A DNA stretch of 48,897 bases, filler included, from Circinaria calcarea (lineage: Eukaryota): assembly GCA_051942165.1 (NCBI GenBank). It is 2 parts of 2 records of this genome, joined end to end, with 100 filler letters (N's around TTAATTAATTAA, not from the genome) between each part and the next. Parts side by side here need not be neighbours in the genome. Positions count along the whole stretch, not along the records: positions 24,535 to 48,897 come from JAVECS010000105.1; 1 more part is not named here. One strand, 5' to 3'. A program made the position numbers and the translations under genes. Position 1 is the stretch's first letter. Every line of letters begins with the position of its first letter. The notes under the pieces were generated by a model. That model ran no database searches. It saw nothing but the letters and a program-made list of their open reading frames with translations, and was not told the DNA's origin. Shown here piece after piece: positions 24,535-36,246 of this stretch.

Positions 24535-25856
24535 AGGTCCGCATGACGAACCAGATCTTTAGTGCTCGGAATCTCCGAGATAATCCGATTCCCCAGTCAC
24601 GATAATCGGTAACTTGGCCGGAGTCGGAATATTTGTTCTGAAGGTAGGATGCATTGCTGGACAAGGGGTTGGTCAATTGTCTCCGTGACTTGACAAAGAG
24701 GCAGCTGAAGACCGGTCAGACATATTTCGGCTGCATCGACTGAATTCCAGAGAAGCCGGATAGGTGGTACTGTACCTTGCGTCTAGGGTCACAAGAAGCC
24801 ATTTGGACATGTTCATATTAAAACTATCAAATGCCTCAAAATTCTCTGTGAGATGTTTGTATTCTTCGAATAGCAATGCTGCTCCCGCATAGGCAGCATC
24901 AACATGTGTCCAGATTCTTGGATGAGCCATGAGTACCTTGGCAGCTTCATCGAACCTATCCACGGCACATGTGGTTGTGGTCCCTAGAGTAAGTGTCAGG
25001 TAAAAAGGCTCAAGCCCATCATGATAGCACCGTTCTATCGTATCTTGAAGGCTACTTCCGGTCATGCTGAATCGATCCTCGATTCTGACCGGTACTGATC
25101 GATATTTTGTACCAGCAACCAAGGTGGCCTTTTGAGTGCTACTATGAGACATCTCACTTCCTAGAGCCACCAGCCTTGCTCTTTTCTGCGAAATGGCCAC
25201 CTCTTTTTCTTCGCCTTCCAGGTGCGATGTAGCTTCTTCAAGGTACCTATCCCGTGCGGCGATCATGACGATAGCTATTGCCTCGGAAGCAGAAGCATGA
25301 ATCACTCCTCCTCCATTAGTGAAAGAGAGGTAGCACGCTGGCAAGTGAAGGAGCTTAGCCAGCCAGTCCAAGACTATTATCTCGAGTTCAGTGGCGGCTG
25401 GCGAACATTCCCAATTAAAGCCTGGAGCGGTCAAGGCTGCCGAATACAGTTCGCCAAGTATACCCGGATATGTGGACGGAGAAGGGAAAAATGCCATGAA
25501 GTGGGGAGATTGCCTAAAAACTCAGTGAGCACTTCTTGTCCTTATATGGGTTTCTCGATGATCGATCTGAAACGGGTGGGAGGGTGTCACCAATGGACCA
25601 TTCCGGGCATTATTTTTGACTCAATATCCTGCTGAATATCCTCCCACTTCTCGCCAGATTGGGGAGGGCCATCCGGGAGAAGCTTTCCAAGGTAGCCCGG
25701 CTTGACATCAGGGACAACACGACGATCTTGGACAGTGTCGTAGTAATTGATGACTACTAGGATAAGTCAAGCAGTCAAAGTAAAAGAAACAGAGGGTCGG
25801 TACAGACTTTCGTCAATGGCAGCATGTGCGGCCCGCCGAAACTCATGAGAGTTCAT
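24535..25856 (-). CDS. PLP-dependent group II aromatic L-amino-acid decarboxylase-like protein; 3 introns; 3' end in the gap
   Basis: MNSHEFRRAAHAAIDE, V.PGYL, HWQSPHFMAFFP, SPAATELE, HSS, HVDAAYAG, PLP lysine in NMSKW, DYRDW...RRFRALKIW. Confidence 0.92.
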
Positions 25857-27141
25857 ACTGACTCCGGGGAAAGGCAACGAGATACTGACTGTGCAAGTAA
25901 AAATGACCCACGAAACCAAGCCCCTCACCTCTTAAAAATCGAATTTCAAGCGTGTCTTGGAACCAAGCTTGTCCTCGTGCTGTTTATCAACAACACCATT
26001 CTTGCAGGTTGGAGCTGGTCATACTCTCCTACCGCTTCCATGTTGACATTGTCAAGCCCAGATGCTTTTGGGCTTCTTCTCCGACCTGAGATACTCTAAA
26101 GTGTCTCGCTAGGCCGGTTGAAGTTGATTGGCTTTATTGTAGTAGCCAGACTGTTACTCACAGTACTAGTAATGTCCAGCTGCAGCGGAAGAGTCTTACA
26201 TAAGGGAGAGATGACACCACATTTCTAATGTGCTGCTTCGATTTAACACGACTTGACGTGGCAGCATGAGGGTCAAGGGAACGGAAGGAGATGCCCAGTC
26301 AAGAATAGAGGCCGGGACTTAGCATTTCTGACACATATTAAGCTACGAAATAGCATCAGATGATCGAATGCTCGATCTGATCTGGAGCGGACAGCAAGTT
26401 TTGATGGCAGGCCATAGGATGAATGAATATAGTGGGTTGCGGACGACTTGGCGCTTCCATGGCGCGATTCTACCCGTTTCACGCGCTCTCCGCTTCGTAT
26501 CTCCGCTTTTCTCGTATTGATCCTTCAGCAGCGCGTCCTCCTTTTGCTTCTCCTAATCTATTCCTTAGGTACGCGATTACTCAAGTGGAATAGACTTGGT
26601 CGCTCAGTTTCTAGTCTAAGCTTGACCATCCTGACCTTGTATTCAAGAAAGCCCGGTCCACTCCGCTTCTGCAACAGCTCGAGGGAGAATACTCGATAAC
26701 GGGCTACAGTATCCTTGGGGCCCTTGATCCTTTCGCTGGCTGCAGAATACAAAGCAGGCCTCGGAGTTGGTGATGCCTCCAGCCAATAGGTACCCTGAAG
26801 CCACAGCTTAGCTTTACAGGGCCTCGGTTGTAGGCTACAAAGGAACCATGCTGTGCTTAATGGGCTTTTACGGCCAATAAGATATGGTATGTTCTGTATC
26901 AGCGTGCTATGGCTACCATTTGGACTACATAATATCAGACTTAGGGTACCGGTGCCCGGGCTCCCCTATATACAAACGTTTCACAATAATTACCAAAACG
27001 CCCCGTATGCATTTATGCTATAGATCTTGCTTGCTAAAATAGCCATCGTCATTTAGAAGCCATTTGGTTTCCATTTCTGTAGTAAAAGGTAGTCATATCT
27101 CTTAACGAGGATGACAGCTTTTAAAAAAAAGGTGTAAGGAA

Positions 27142-29045
27142 TTAAACCTTTTCTTCTATGGCTTCATTACCATCTGTGTTACGACGAGATCTCTTTGTAA
27201 ATGAGCGGCCGGTGAAGATAAACTGAGAATTCTGATCAGCTAATCTCTTTTGCCAGTCCATCCGAGTACATACCACCGGTATGGCGCCCGATGCATTAAA
27301 TACACCTAGTACCAGTGACATAGTGCCCCAGCCAGTTCTCATCGCAAGGATCCCGGCGCAGAATGGTGCGAGCATCGATGCAAGGGCCAGCGCACACGTA
27401 TACAGTGCGAAGGTTTGTCCGTACGGGCCAGTTTTTCCGAATATGCCGGGTTTCTCTCTTTCCAGTCTCTCGACGACATATGTCAACTCCGCTCCCAATG
27501 GCGATAGTAGAAAGCTGAGAGGGATCCCTATGGACACAAAAAGAAGTTAGAATGGATCTAATGTTCGGGCATTCGGGTGAGAAGCGGTAGTGACGAGTGA
27601 ACATACCAATCAAGGTTAGTAGGACGCAAAGAAGCACAACCTGGCCCATGCCATTGTGTGTGACGAGTCTGAGCAGTATCATGGGGGGTGCCGGGAGAAT
27701 CAATCCGCATATAGAAAACCAGCGTGGCCCGTACCTGTCAGACAAAGCCCCAACGAGAGGTGAAAGGAGAGCAGGAAGAGCGATGCAGAGCGAGATCAAG
27801 CCAGCGCCAAGCGAATTCCAGCCGAAGGTATTCTGAACAAAGGGGGGGAGGACGGCATTGAAACTGGCTACAATTGCATATTCTATGAAGATCCCATATA
27901 GAGCCGCTAATAGTCGAGGACTTTTCAAAAGAGTTATCAATGGGGGTGTCTTGGAGGTATGTTTAACCGTCGAGGACTGTTTTTCATCCGGGGTCGAACT
28001 TGAGGATGACGTCTCTACACCCGAACTCGTGGCTTGTTGGATGGTACTGCTCTGATATTTGGCTTGAGTATCGCGCAAATGCGAATCCTGCTCTAGTGAT
28101 GTTGCACTCTTGGTACTAAGGTGCTCACTCGTCATGCTTGGGCTTGGCAACGACCATTTCCTCGCGTGCTTTCTTTCTACCAGAATGAGCCGCAAAACAA
28201 TGTCGAGCCCAACCAGCGCAAACAGCATAGCAAACACAGCGTAGTATCCAGCTTTTGCATACACTACACCACCCAGGAGAGGCGATACGAGGACCCCCAT
28301 ATTCGCGCTTGACTCGAAATATCCTATAAATTGGCCGATGTCCTTGCGATCCACAGTATCGGTAAGGAGAGCGAGTCCGATGGCGAAAACAACCGAGGCG
28401 GATAAGCCTTGCAGGAAACGACTGACAAGGGCAAAGTAGATGTTGGTGGCGACGCAGAGCAGTGCTGTTCCTGCACCAAGCATCACGAGGCCCACGAGCA
28501 GGGGTACACGTCGAGACGAGCAACGATCGGAAAGCCACCCAAAAATAGCTTCCCCAATTATCAGTATCAACATTCCTGCTCAAGGAGCAGTTCGGTGACT
28601 TACGAGAACCAACCAAAAGACCGAACCCATAAGCAGCGAAGAGTAATGACGTCCAGAGTTGCACTTCACGTCCACATCAGATACCTCCTCTTTCAAGGAG
28701 AATGTAAAACGCGCTGCAGAGCACAAACCTTTATCCTTTGAGACCTCGAAACGTTCAGTTATCACAAACGGAAGGATAGGAACAATCTGGGAATAATGAA
28801 TAACAAAACACCTTCAACGATGTAGCTGTGGGAAGTCTCACGACACCGTAGAAAAAGCCATCCTAATCCCGGGTTGTTAGCAGCTCTAAAGTGATGTATG
28901 AAAGTAGTGTATTCCCTGAGCATACCGTGAAAACGGCCATGCAGACCGCTAATAAGATAGTCCACTTTGATGATCTAAATTCGAGCAGTAGCGGCGCCTT
29001 TTCTACTTTTGACCCTTGTACTCGAGAATGCCGTTGAACAAACAT
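27142..29045 (-). CDS. MFS transporter of the fungal vesicular amine transporter-like (SLC18-like) group; 6 introns
   Basis: EFRSSKWTIL..AVFTDGFFYGVIVPILP (TM1), motif A GWLSDR..SRR, SRFLQGLS, GALSDRYGPR, GPYGQTFAL. Confidence 0.82.
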
Positions 29046-29730
29046 GGTCGAAGCCAAAGAGATAGCTTGAAATGATATAAAAAATTGCACACGAGTTGAA
29101 TATTCAGAAGAACGATGCCCCGAATCTTGCCTATGATATAGCAGATACTTGGGAATAATGCGAAGAGCTTGTGGGTATGGGAAATACCGGGGACCATGAA
29201 TACATATATATTATATATGCTAAGAGTACGGTATTATATATCGTAGATCTCTTGGCATATGGCTATATACTTTAGTGAGCTGGAAAATAATATGATAACC
29301 ATATTCTCCGCAATTTTTTTGTCCTCTAGGGCTACACCCTCAACGCCATATCGAGTAGGTGTGATATTGAGTAGCGTGGCCGCTCGACTTAGGAAATGTG
29401 CAACCAAACTTGCAAACGTCAAGCCATCAATCCGCCCATTCATAAGACTCACAAGCGGCACGAGAAGCTTCCGAATAAGCACAAGACAGCCGTACGCTGT
29501 AAAGTAATAGGATGCTCTACACGAGAAGAATAAGTACACCAAGGCCAATCGGGATATTCGCTCCGAGACGAAGTGAAATGAAGTCCACACGGCCATGGCC
29601 GAATATCTCCAGTCTCGGGATGAACAGCATGATGGTTGCCAACTTGATTGATAGAAGAGTCCTCCATTATGCATTATGATATCATCCGAGATGAAGTCTC
29701 GACTCCTCGGCAGAGCTCTGCCAACTACTA

Positions 29731-29917
29731 CGGTAGAAGGCAAAACAATTCGTAGCTTCTTGGCAGGCTTGGCAATGCTGCTTTCATGTATAGGTAATAG
29801 ATTTCACTGCCGAATGTCTACGCTCGCATAGTAAATCATAATAGGTGGCCCTATAAATTGGCAAGAAATTAGCCCTTGCAAGATCTGCAGCGCTACGAAT
29901 TGTTTTGCCTCCTACCG
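29731..29917. mobile_element. 187-bp Tc1/mariner-type MITE, 26-bp TIRs, TA target duplication
   Basis: TA|CGGTAGAAGGCAAAACAATTCGTAGC ... GCTACGAATTGTTTTGCCTCCTACCG|TA with 1 mismatch between arms; no coding capacity. Confidence 0.82.
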
Positions 29918-30012
29918 TAGTATGGTAAAGAATGGAAATGGTGTTAGGATCTGGCGCTAGGCAGGACGGGGTTAGTTCTCCCGCCCAGACCAATTATCTA
30001 TTTATGCAAGGG

Positions 30013-30268
30013 CACGCGGGTGACAAAAATTCTCGACATACCAAAACTCCGCCCCATCTAAATTCTACGCAACACCACATACAATTACTTAGTAGGTGTA
30101 GGGAAATTCGTGATTGAATTTGTGATTCCAAGAATAGGAGAGGTGACTCGACGTTTCCTTGGTATTTTGCATAGAATTTGTATGTGGTGTAGCGGAGAAA
30201 AGTCGTTGTGTTGCGTAGAGTTAGGTGGGGAGAAGTTTTGGTGTGTCAAGAATTCTGTCACCCGCGTG
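30013..30268. mobile_element. 256-bp non-autonomous TIR element, CAC...GTG termini, ~60-70-bp TIRs, 5-bp TSD AAGGG
   Basis: AAGGG|CACGCGGGTGACAAAAATTCTCGACATACCAAAACT ... AGTTTTGGTGTGTCAAGAATTCTGTCACCCGCGTG|AAGGG. Confidence 0.82.
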
Positions 30269-30538
30269 AAGGGGTCCAATCCGGTGTGGAACGGCTGATC
30301 AGCCATCCGATATTGGCCACCCCTTTTCGGGGGGTTGGAGGAAGTTAGGTAGTCATCTGATGGAAGGTTTGATCGGCGAATAGCTGAAACCATATCGATA
30401 TCTCCGGTAGGAGTGGCGGCATAAGTATTCAAAGTCTTGCTACGTGGGCTAACGGGGGGGGGGAAGACCTGTATTTTGAAACAAGATGCCATAGCGTTTG
30501 CCGCCAACTAGAGACGAGGGGCCGAGATAGTTACTAAT

Positions 30539-32219
30539 TTACTTCTCCTGACTAAGTTCACCACTCTGCTTTTTGCTCCCCATATCAGCCTGGCGCCTTC
30601 GCCGCCACCATTGCCAGACCGCGAAAACTAGACCCGTCAAAGGAATGGTGATGACAAAGTAGTACCACAGCTGTGGCGCCGCATTCAAGGTAGTTTGCCC
30701 GGCTCGGTTCGTACCAAGGCTGAAAAAGACCATACTAAAAACTGCCTGCGGAAGATTTAGTGGAACGTATTTGCAAGACGCCAGAGCATAGATAGCTTAC
30801 GGAAATAAACGTGCCTGGCAGAAAAATCATGGTAACAGCAGCAATGGTAATCATCGACGAACTGTCTCTCTTGGTTTCGATGGCGATTTTGGAAGTAAGA
30901 TTTGCAATATCCAGATTATTACGGTTGTCCATTTGCGAAGCGATGCTGAAAAAGAGATTCATCATAAGCTGCGTACGTTCCCCATAATTAGCTATCCATC
31001 GCTTCCAAATACGACAGCGAGAGCTCAGGAATTCCAAGTTTTCGATAGCCGGATATAAGGCAGGCGTTTGAATGGACGAGCTAGAGGTGGAGTTCGACAA
31101 GACAGATTCATGCTTTCGGGCGATTTCGATAAGGAAGTCGAGACGTTCTCGCAAGTCCTCCACATCTTCAACAATCGTACGGAAATTTCTGAAGAGGCCG
31201 TGTAATCTCTCAGTTGCAGATGGGGTATAGATAATGGACTGTAGGGGAATGCCTTGTCCGCCATTATTCTCCTTCAAGCCATTTTAGCATAACCGCATTT
31301 AAAGCCTTCGTACTAACATACTATAATAGAAATAAACATACCCAGTCTAGCAAAAGCTCTCTCTCTTCGTCTACCAAGGCTCTCCATGAAGAGGCACATT
31401 CATTCGCGATTAGCAAGTCGATTACGAAGGGACAGAACAGCGGAATGTGGGTATCTTGAGAAGCGGCAGATCGCAGTATGTCGATTTTGGCACCTTCTGG
31501 ACAATCAACAAGGAAGTATGTCGACGATCCCGTGTCCATCTGATGGGAAAACCATACACTCGCCGGTCCTGTGTCCGTCCACCCATTGATGTATTGATAG
31601 AATCCCTCTTGACACAGCAATTAGTCAAGATGCGGTGGTTATTCTGAGTAAAATATATATACCAGTTGCTATAAGTTTCTGGCCGGTATCAAGTCTAGAG
31701 AAGCTTCCGTGACCAGCCTTAGCCCATGGACTAGGTTCCAGGGTACTTTCCAGGAAAGGGAGTGAGAACTTAAAACGGGAACAGAGCCGCTCTAGGGTGT
31801 TTTTTTCAACATGTATTCGATAAGGGTTGCGCATATCTGAAATCTTCAGTCTTTACATTTATTTATATCAGACAGAATGCCCAACCCTGATGACTTACCA
31901 AATCCATTTCGAATCGAGGTAATGAAACTTAGATGACCCCAGTAAGCTTTAGATTCCTCTGTTATTGAGGCTACGCGCTCACAAGACTCGAAGCGTGGGA
32001 GTGACGGGATCCTGGGCGATGTTAGCTCTCTGCCACGGTTAATGGGAAACCACCAACCATCAGATATGGTAGTATTCCACTATCATCCAGTCCCGGGTGC
32101 CAGACGGGGGATGCCCCCGGTGATAAATTCAGCTCTAGGACATCAATCCGCGTGTTCGCTTGCTCCAGCCCACTGCGATCTAGCAACTCTTGAATCGCCG
32201 ACTTGGAGTTTAGTGCCAT
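30539..32219 (-). CDS. Fungal CorA-like (Mg2+ transporter C-terminal domain) membrane protein; about 5 introns
   Basis: Coiled stalk, then KRDSSSMITIAAVTMIFLPGTFISAVFSMVFF and a second TM WYYFVITIPLTGLVFAVW; the canonical GMN motif is replaced by SMV. Confidence 0.75.
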
Positions 32220-33060
32220 GATGTAGATGAGTAGTACAGCTCTCGTGGTAGGCTTGGGTTTGCGAATGGTGAAGAGAGTAGCTGAACTCAGATCGAGGAG
32301 GGGGACTACGATGAAGGACCTTCCTGATGGAGATTCTCCTTGAAGTGGAGCCTGGTAGGGAAGCTTGAAAGCTGTAAGATGAGAAACTAATAAAAGTAAG
32401 GGAACGTAACACTTATACCAACGCCACAGCCTCACCCTACGAAAAGTTCAGCCTGACAACACTTCAGCCTTACGAGAATCCAGCCTTGGCAGAGAACCAT
32501 CGGACAACTTGCTTTCCCGGATTTCTCTTTCCCATCCCTACGATTAATGCTTTCTTTGGGGAAGTTGCTGCTCGATGCCCTATACGGATGGAAAAGAAGC
32601 AAAAGCTACATTAGCAATATTTAGAATTTATCCTGACCCTGGAATTGGGGGAAGGGTCGGAGCGTGTGGCGCATGGGTGGGTGAGACTGTCGCAACGGAA
32701 AATAGTTGGTTGTATGACAATTCCAATCAAACAATCTGAAATTTCAGATCGTGGATCATGGATTTATTATCAACATCTTTTTGGAACACATGCGACTCGT
32801 ATGGGTGCCAGCCCAACGCTTTCTTCCCCATCCAACCGGGCCATAAGCCACTGAACATGGTCACAAAGGCACGCTCCGACTATAGATAAAGACTTGGCCA
32901 AGAGCAAGAGTATGTTCAACATCCACAATGCAAGTCGCTAGTAGGAAATCAAGTTTCTCGTTTATTGCTTATGAAGCCGCCCTGTATAACTGTTAGATGG
33001 TGCAACATTGAGAGATGTGTGTGCCTACATATACACACAAAACCCTGATGCCACAATAGA

Positions 33061-33870
33061 TCAATCGGAAATCAAAAAACCAACTTCTCTTACCGCTTTG
33101 TAGAAGAGACTCTTGTCCCATGAAAGCCTACCACTCGAAAACGTCCAACCACCTGCCGCCAGACGATACAGTGGTTGGTCACCCCGACTGACTGGATCGT
33201 GCATCATAGTAAGGCGGGGTCGGAGTGTTCTGTTACCTCCTCTCTGGCTTTTGTTACATCCCCAGTACCACCTCATACAATCTGCCACGTCGCCCATTGT
33301 AACACCATTCTCATTCTCCACTCGTATGATAACGCTGTTCCAAGCCCTAACTCCTATCCACCGGTGCGGTGGTTGGGTGATAAACATCTTTTGCCATGAA
33401 GCCTCCGGACGGAGAAAACAGGGTTCTTCAAGATGCATGCAAGGGATATCCGGTCCCACGGAACTGGTTTTCCCTAAGCGCTTGCGAGTTGGATGATCCT
33501 CATGCAGCAAAGTCATCTTGATGTCTTCATCCCAGTGAACAGACCAGCAGCAAAACTGCTTTGTTAGCAAAGTATTGACCTCAAAATCTATAGTCGCCGC
33601 GGGAGTTTGTTTTGTCTCAGTCTCGAGCGTCATTGTGGTGCTGGTCTGTTTCGTACGGATTGCGAGGAGTATATCTGGGTCGATCGGGCCTCGGCTTGGA
33701 AGTGAAAAGAAAAGGGAGCGCTGGATGGCGATAGAGCTTGCCATCACCTCTTGCCAGTGCGTACATGTTAGGTGTAGCGGGAGGAGATCATCCACTTGGA
33801 GGTTCAAGAGGATCTGTTCGAGTAGTTCCACGGTCTGAAAGACCTGGTGAGCTGCAGAACGGCTAACCAT
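33061..33870 (-). CDS. F-box domain protein; no introns
   Basis: VFQTVELLEQILLNL..DLL..HLTCTHWQEVM..S..IQRSLFF, plus ASWQKMFITQPP and NENGVTMGD typical of expanded fungal F-box families. Confidence 0.8.
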   Translation of the reverse strand: MVSRSAAHQVFQTVELLEQILLNLQVDDLLPLHLTCTHWQEVMASSIAIQRSLFFSLPSRGPIDPDILLAIRTKQTSTTMTLETETKQTPAATIDFEVNTLLTKQFCCWSVHWDEDIKMTLLHEDHPTRKRLGKTSSVGPDIPCMHLEEPCFLRPEASWQKMFITQPPHRWIGVRAWNSVIIRVENENGVTMGDVADCMRWYWGCNKSQRGGNRTLRPRLTMMHDPVSRGDQPLYRLAAGGWTFSSGRLSWDKSLFYKAVREVGFLISD

Positions 33871-34779
33871 TTTGACAGAGAGCTCTCCGAGTAGAGAAGA
33901 TATGAGTGGCTGATCTGAGAGATAACGAGACGAAGGGTACGATACGTAGACGATTTTACGTCAGAAGAAGACCAATGATGGAAATGAATTAGAATGTATC
34001 TTGATGATGGATATAGATTCACCCGAAAGAACAGTGAATCATACCGCATGTGTCACTAGGAAAGTGAAGTATTAGAGGGGTGCCATGTTAGGTACCCTAC
34101 GTGTATCCAATACCCCCTTATAACACCGAATCTCTCTTGCATCATTTATACGAGAGTTAGCCACATTCCGCGTCTCCATCTACTTCGCAAGATCTACTCA
34201 TAAGAAATGTTCTAATGGTCTAAGTTTGACGTGAAGACACTATTTCAAGACCGTAGGTTAACCAAATAGATCTCCACGGAAGAATCTCCTTCCTGCTAGA
34301 AACCAAAGCAGCTGCATCGTCAAGAGGGCTGGGTGCTTAGGTATGGCAAATGGATCCTTTGGCGTTTACGTTATTCGTCCCCTAAGAGATTGAAGATCCA
34401 GGCAAACATTGGAATCTAGCGGAAAGCACTAAACATAAGCTTCTTTTATGCAGTGCAATCCTTGGGTTCCTTGAAAACTTTCTTTATTTTGTTTACCGCT
34501 CTGCATGAAGTGGGCAAGCTACATGTTCATGATTATTATGGAAGAGGTCATTAAGCCCATCGTAATCCGATAGCTTCTACCCATTTAACCGTTAAAATCA
34601 ATGCCTTGGCGCAATGTGACCTTGAAAATTCCCATACGAATGGATCATCTGAGTAGCGAGATTGTGTTATTGCATTGTGTTTCAATTGTACAAGTTTCGT
34701 ATGAATTTCACCTAATGCTATACCCGAATAACTAGACACTGCCCCAAAACCCGTACCTAAAATCAAATCTCTTGCAAAG

Positions 34780-36246
34780 TTAAAACGGTAATGCCCCTAA
34801 GAAACTGTCGCCGAAATCGTTCCTCGCCAGTTCACTTACATCTGTTCCAGAATCGCTCCCATCATCCGTTCCGGAATCGCTCTGAGGTCCGTAACGATTT
34901 CGTTGACTGATCCTCCAATCTTCTAGATCGGGGTACCTTCCCTCAAGCCGTTCCCAGTAAACGTCCAGGACCGTTGATCCTTGTGTCAGGATATGCAAGT
35001 TGGACCGGGGTCTAATGGTTAGCTTGTCTTTGTAGTAGGGAATGATATGTGGTTTACCAATCATCTTCATGAGATCGAGGACGGTGAAGTCTGGGTCGGT
35101 TGAAGACTGCATGCAGAGCATCAACACGTGTGCTGATGATGCCTCATGGGCAAAGTTCAACAAGCCGATGATGAAGTCGGCCCATGCACCGATGTCTTGC
35201 GCATCCAGTGAGCCGGGGTGCTGACGCATTTCGATGGTCAGAGTTGGGTCCCGAGGGTTATCTTCGTGCATGGCCACAAGAAGGTTCTGAAAATTATAGG
35301 CCCACTCCCTGGTTCGGTTAGGGTTAATCATCTGCATGAGAGAAGGAATGTCGCTACACTCCTCAATCCGTAAGAGCCGTTCCATCATATTCCAACACTC
35401 GAGCTTGCTGCTCGTAGAAGGGGATTTGGCGAAGATTCGGCAGTCGAGCGAAAGCATATAATCATCCGGGTACAAGGATTCGATGGTATGCTCGAATGCC
35501 GTAACCAACTGAATAAACTTTCTGACGGTGTTTGCCGAGTATCCCCTACTTTGGTTACCCGCATGTATGTGCAATGCGGTAGTGTTGTTTGGAAACGCAT
35601 TGAATTTAGCGTGGATGCTGCCCAAGCCAGTTTGAAGCTCTTGAAAGCCTTCACTACCGTATGGTAGAATCCGGGTAACGATTTCTGTAGCAAAAAGCAT
35701 TTTCTCTTCTTCGGCACCTACTTCTGGTTTGCTTTCCTCTTTCCTTTCCTCCTTGCTAGATGTTGATATGTCCTCACTAGTTGATAGCTCTGATGACTCT
35801 CCCCGTGCTCGTCGGCGTCGTATGTCGTCCATTTCCCTCTCCTCTCTTGTGAGTCGCTGTTCCAGGGTAATTCTTTCCATCTCCAAAACCGCGGCACATT
35901 CCTTTGGAGTCAACGGCCTGACGGAAGCATCGTTCTCGACTGTCCACTTTGAATAATCTGGCCTACCAGCAATATACTCGGGGTAAGCTTCGTTATTCCT
36001 GGGATGAGTCGGATCATTTGTCGGGATCCCTGCATCCGTAAGGACGCGACTTATAGTGTAATGAACTCGCTCGCGATCCGTCTCTTCTTCTTCTTCAGCC
36101 TCGCGGCCCTTCAATCGTCCATCCGAATATTTAAGGTACTGGTTCTCCCAATCTGCGCGAAAGCTTTGGAACTGTTTGCGAGTCACCGCAACTACGCATT
36201 CCATTTCAACGCCGAAGGTAAGGTTCAAGCTGGGTTCGAGAGACAT
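34780..36246 (-). CDS. Putative amidoligase (Amidoligase_2-like carboxylate-amine ligase); no introns
   Basis: TFGVEMEC, W.V..DAS, EIVTRIL, N.T.ALHIHAG, YNF.NL, TIEMRQHPGSLD. Confidence 0.8.
   Translation of the reverse strand: MSLEPSLNLTFGVEMECVVAVTRKQFQSFRADWENQYLKYSDGRLKGREAEEEEETDRERVHYTISRVLTDAGIPTNDPTHPRNNEAYPEYIAGRPDYSKWTVENDASVRPLTPKECAAVLEMERITLEQRLTREEREMDDIRRRRARGESSELSTSEDISTSSKEERKEESKPEVGAEEEKMLFATEIVTRILPYGSEGFQELQTGLGSIHAKFNAFPNNTTALHIHAGNQSRGYSANTVRKFIQLVTAFEHTIESLYPDDYMLSLDCRIFAKSPSTSSKLECWNMMERLLRIEECSDIPSLMQMINPNRTREWAYNFQNLLVAMHEDNPRDPTLTIEMRQHPGSLDAQDIGAWADFIIGLLNFAHEASSAHVLMLCMQSSTDPDFTVLDLMKMIGKPHIIPYYKDKLTIRPRSNLHILTQGSTVLDVYWERLEGRYPDLEDWRISQRNRYGPQSDSGTDDGSDSGTDVSELARNDFGDSFLGALPF

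Noticed and set aside
26273..26800. Coding-like fragments between the decarboxylase and the MFS
   Set aside because: Stops in all frames and no identifiable family; a pseudogene cannot be supported without a search.
26835..27082. Weak inverted similarity (CTACAAAGGAACCA / TGGTTTCCATTTCTGTAG)
   Set aside because: Too degenerate to distinguish from chance by eye.
29234..30507. ORFs 29234-29743 and 30085-30507
   Set aside because: They overlap the MITEs and promoter DNA, and carry no transposase or other motifs.
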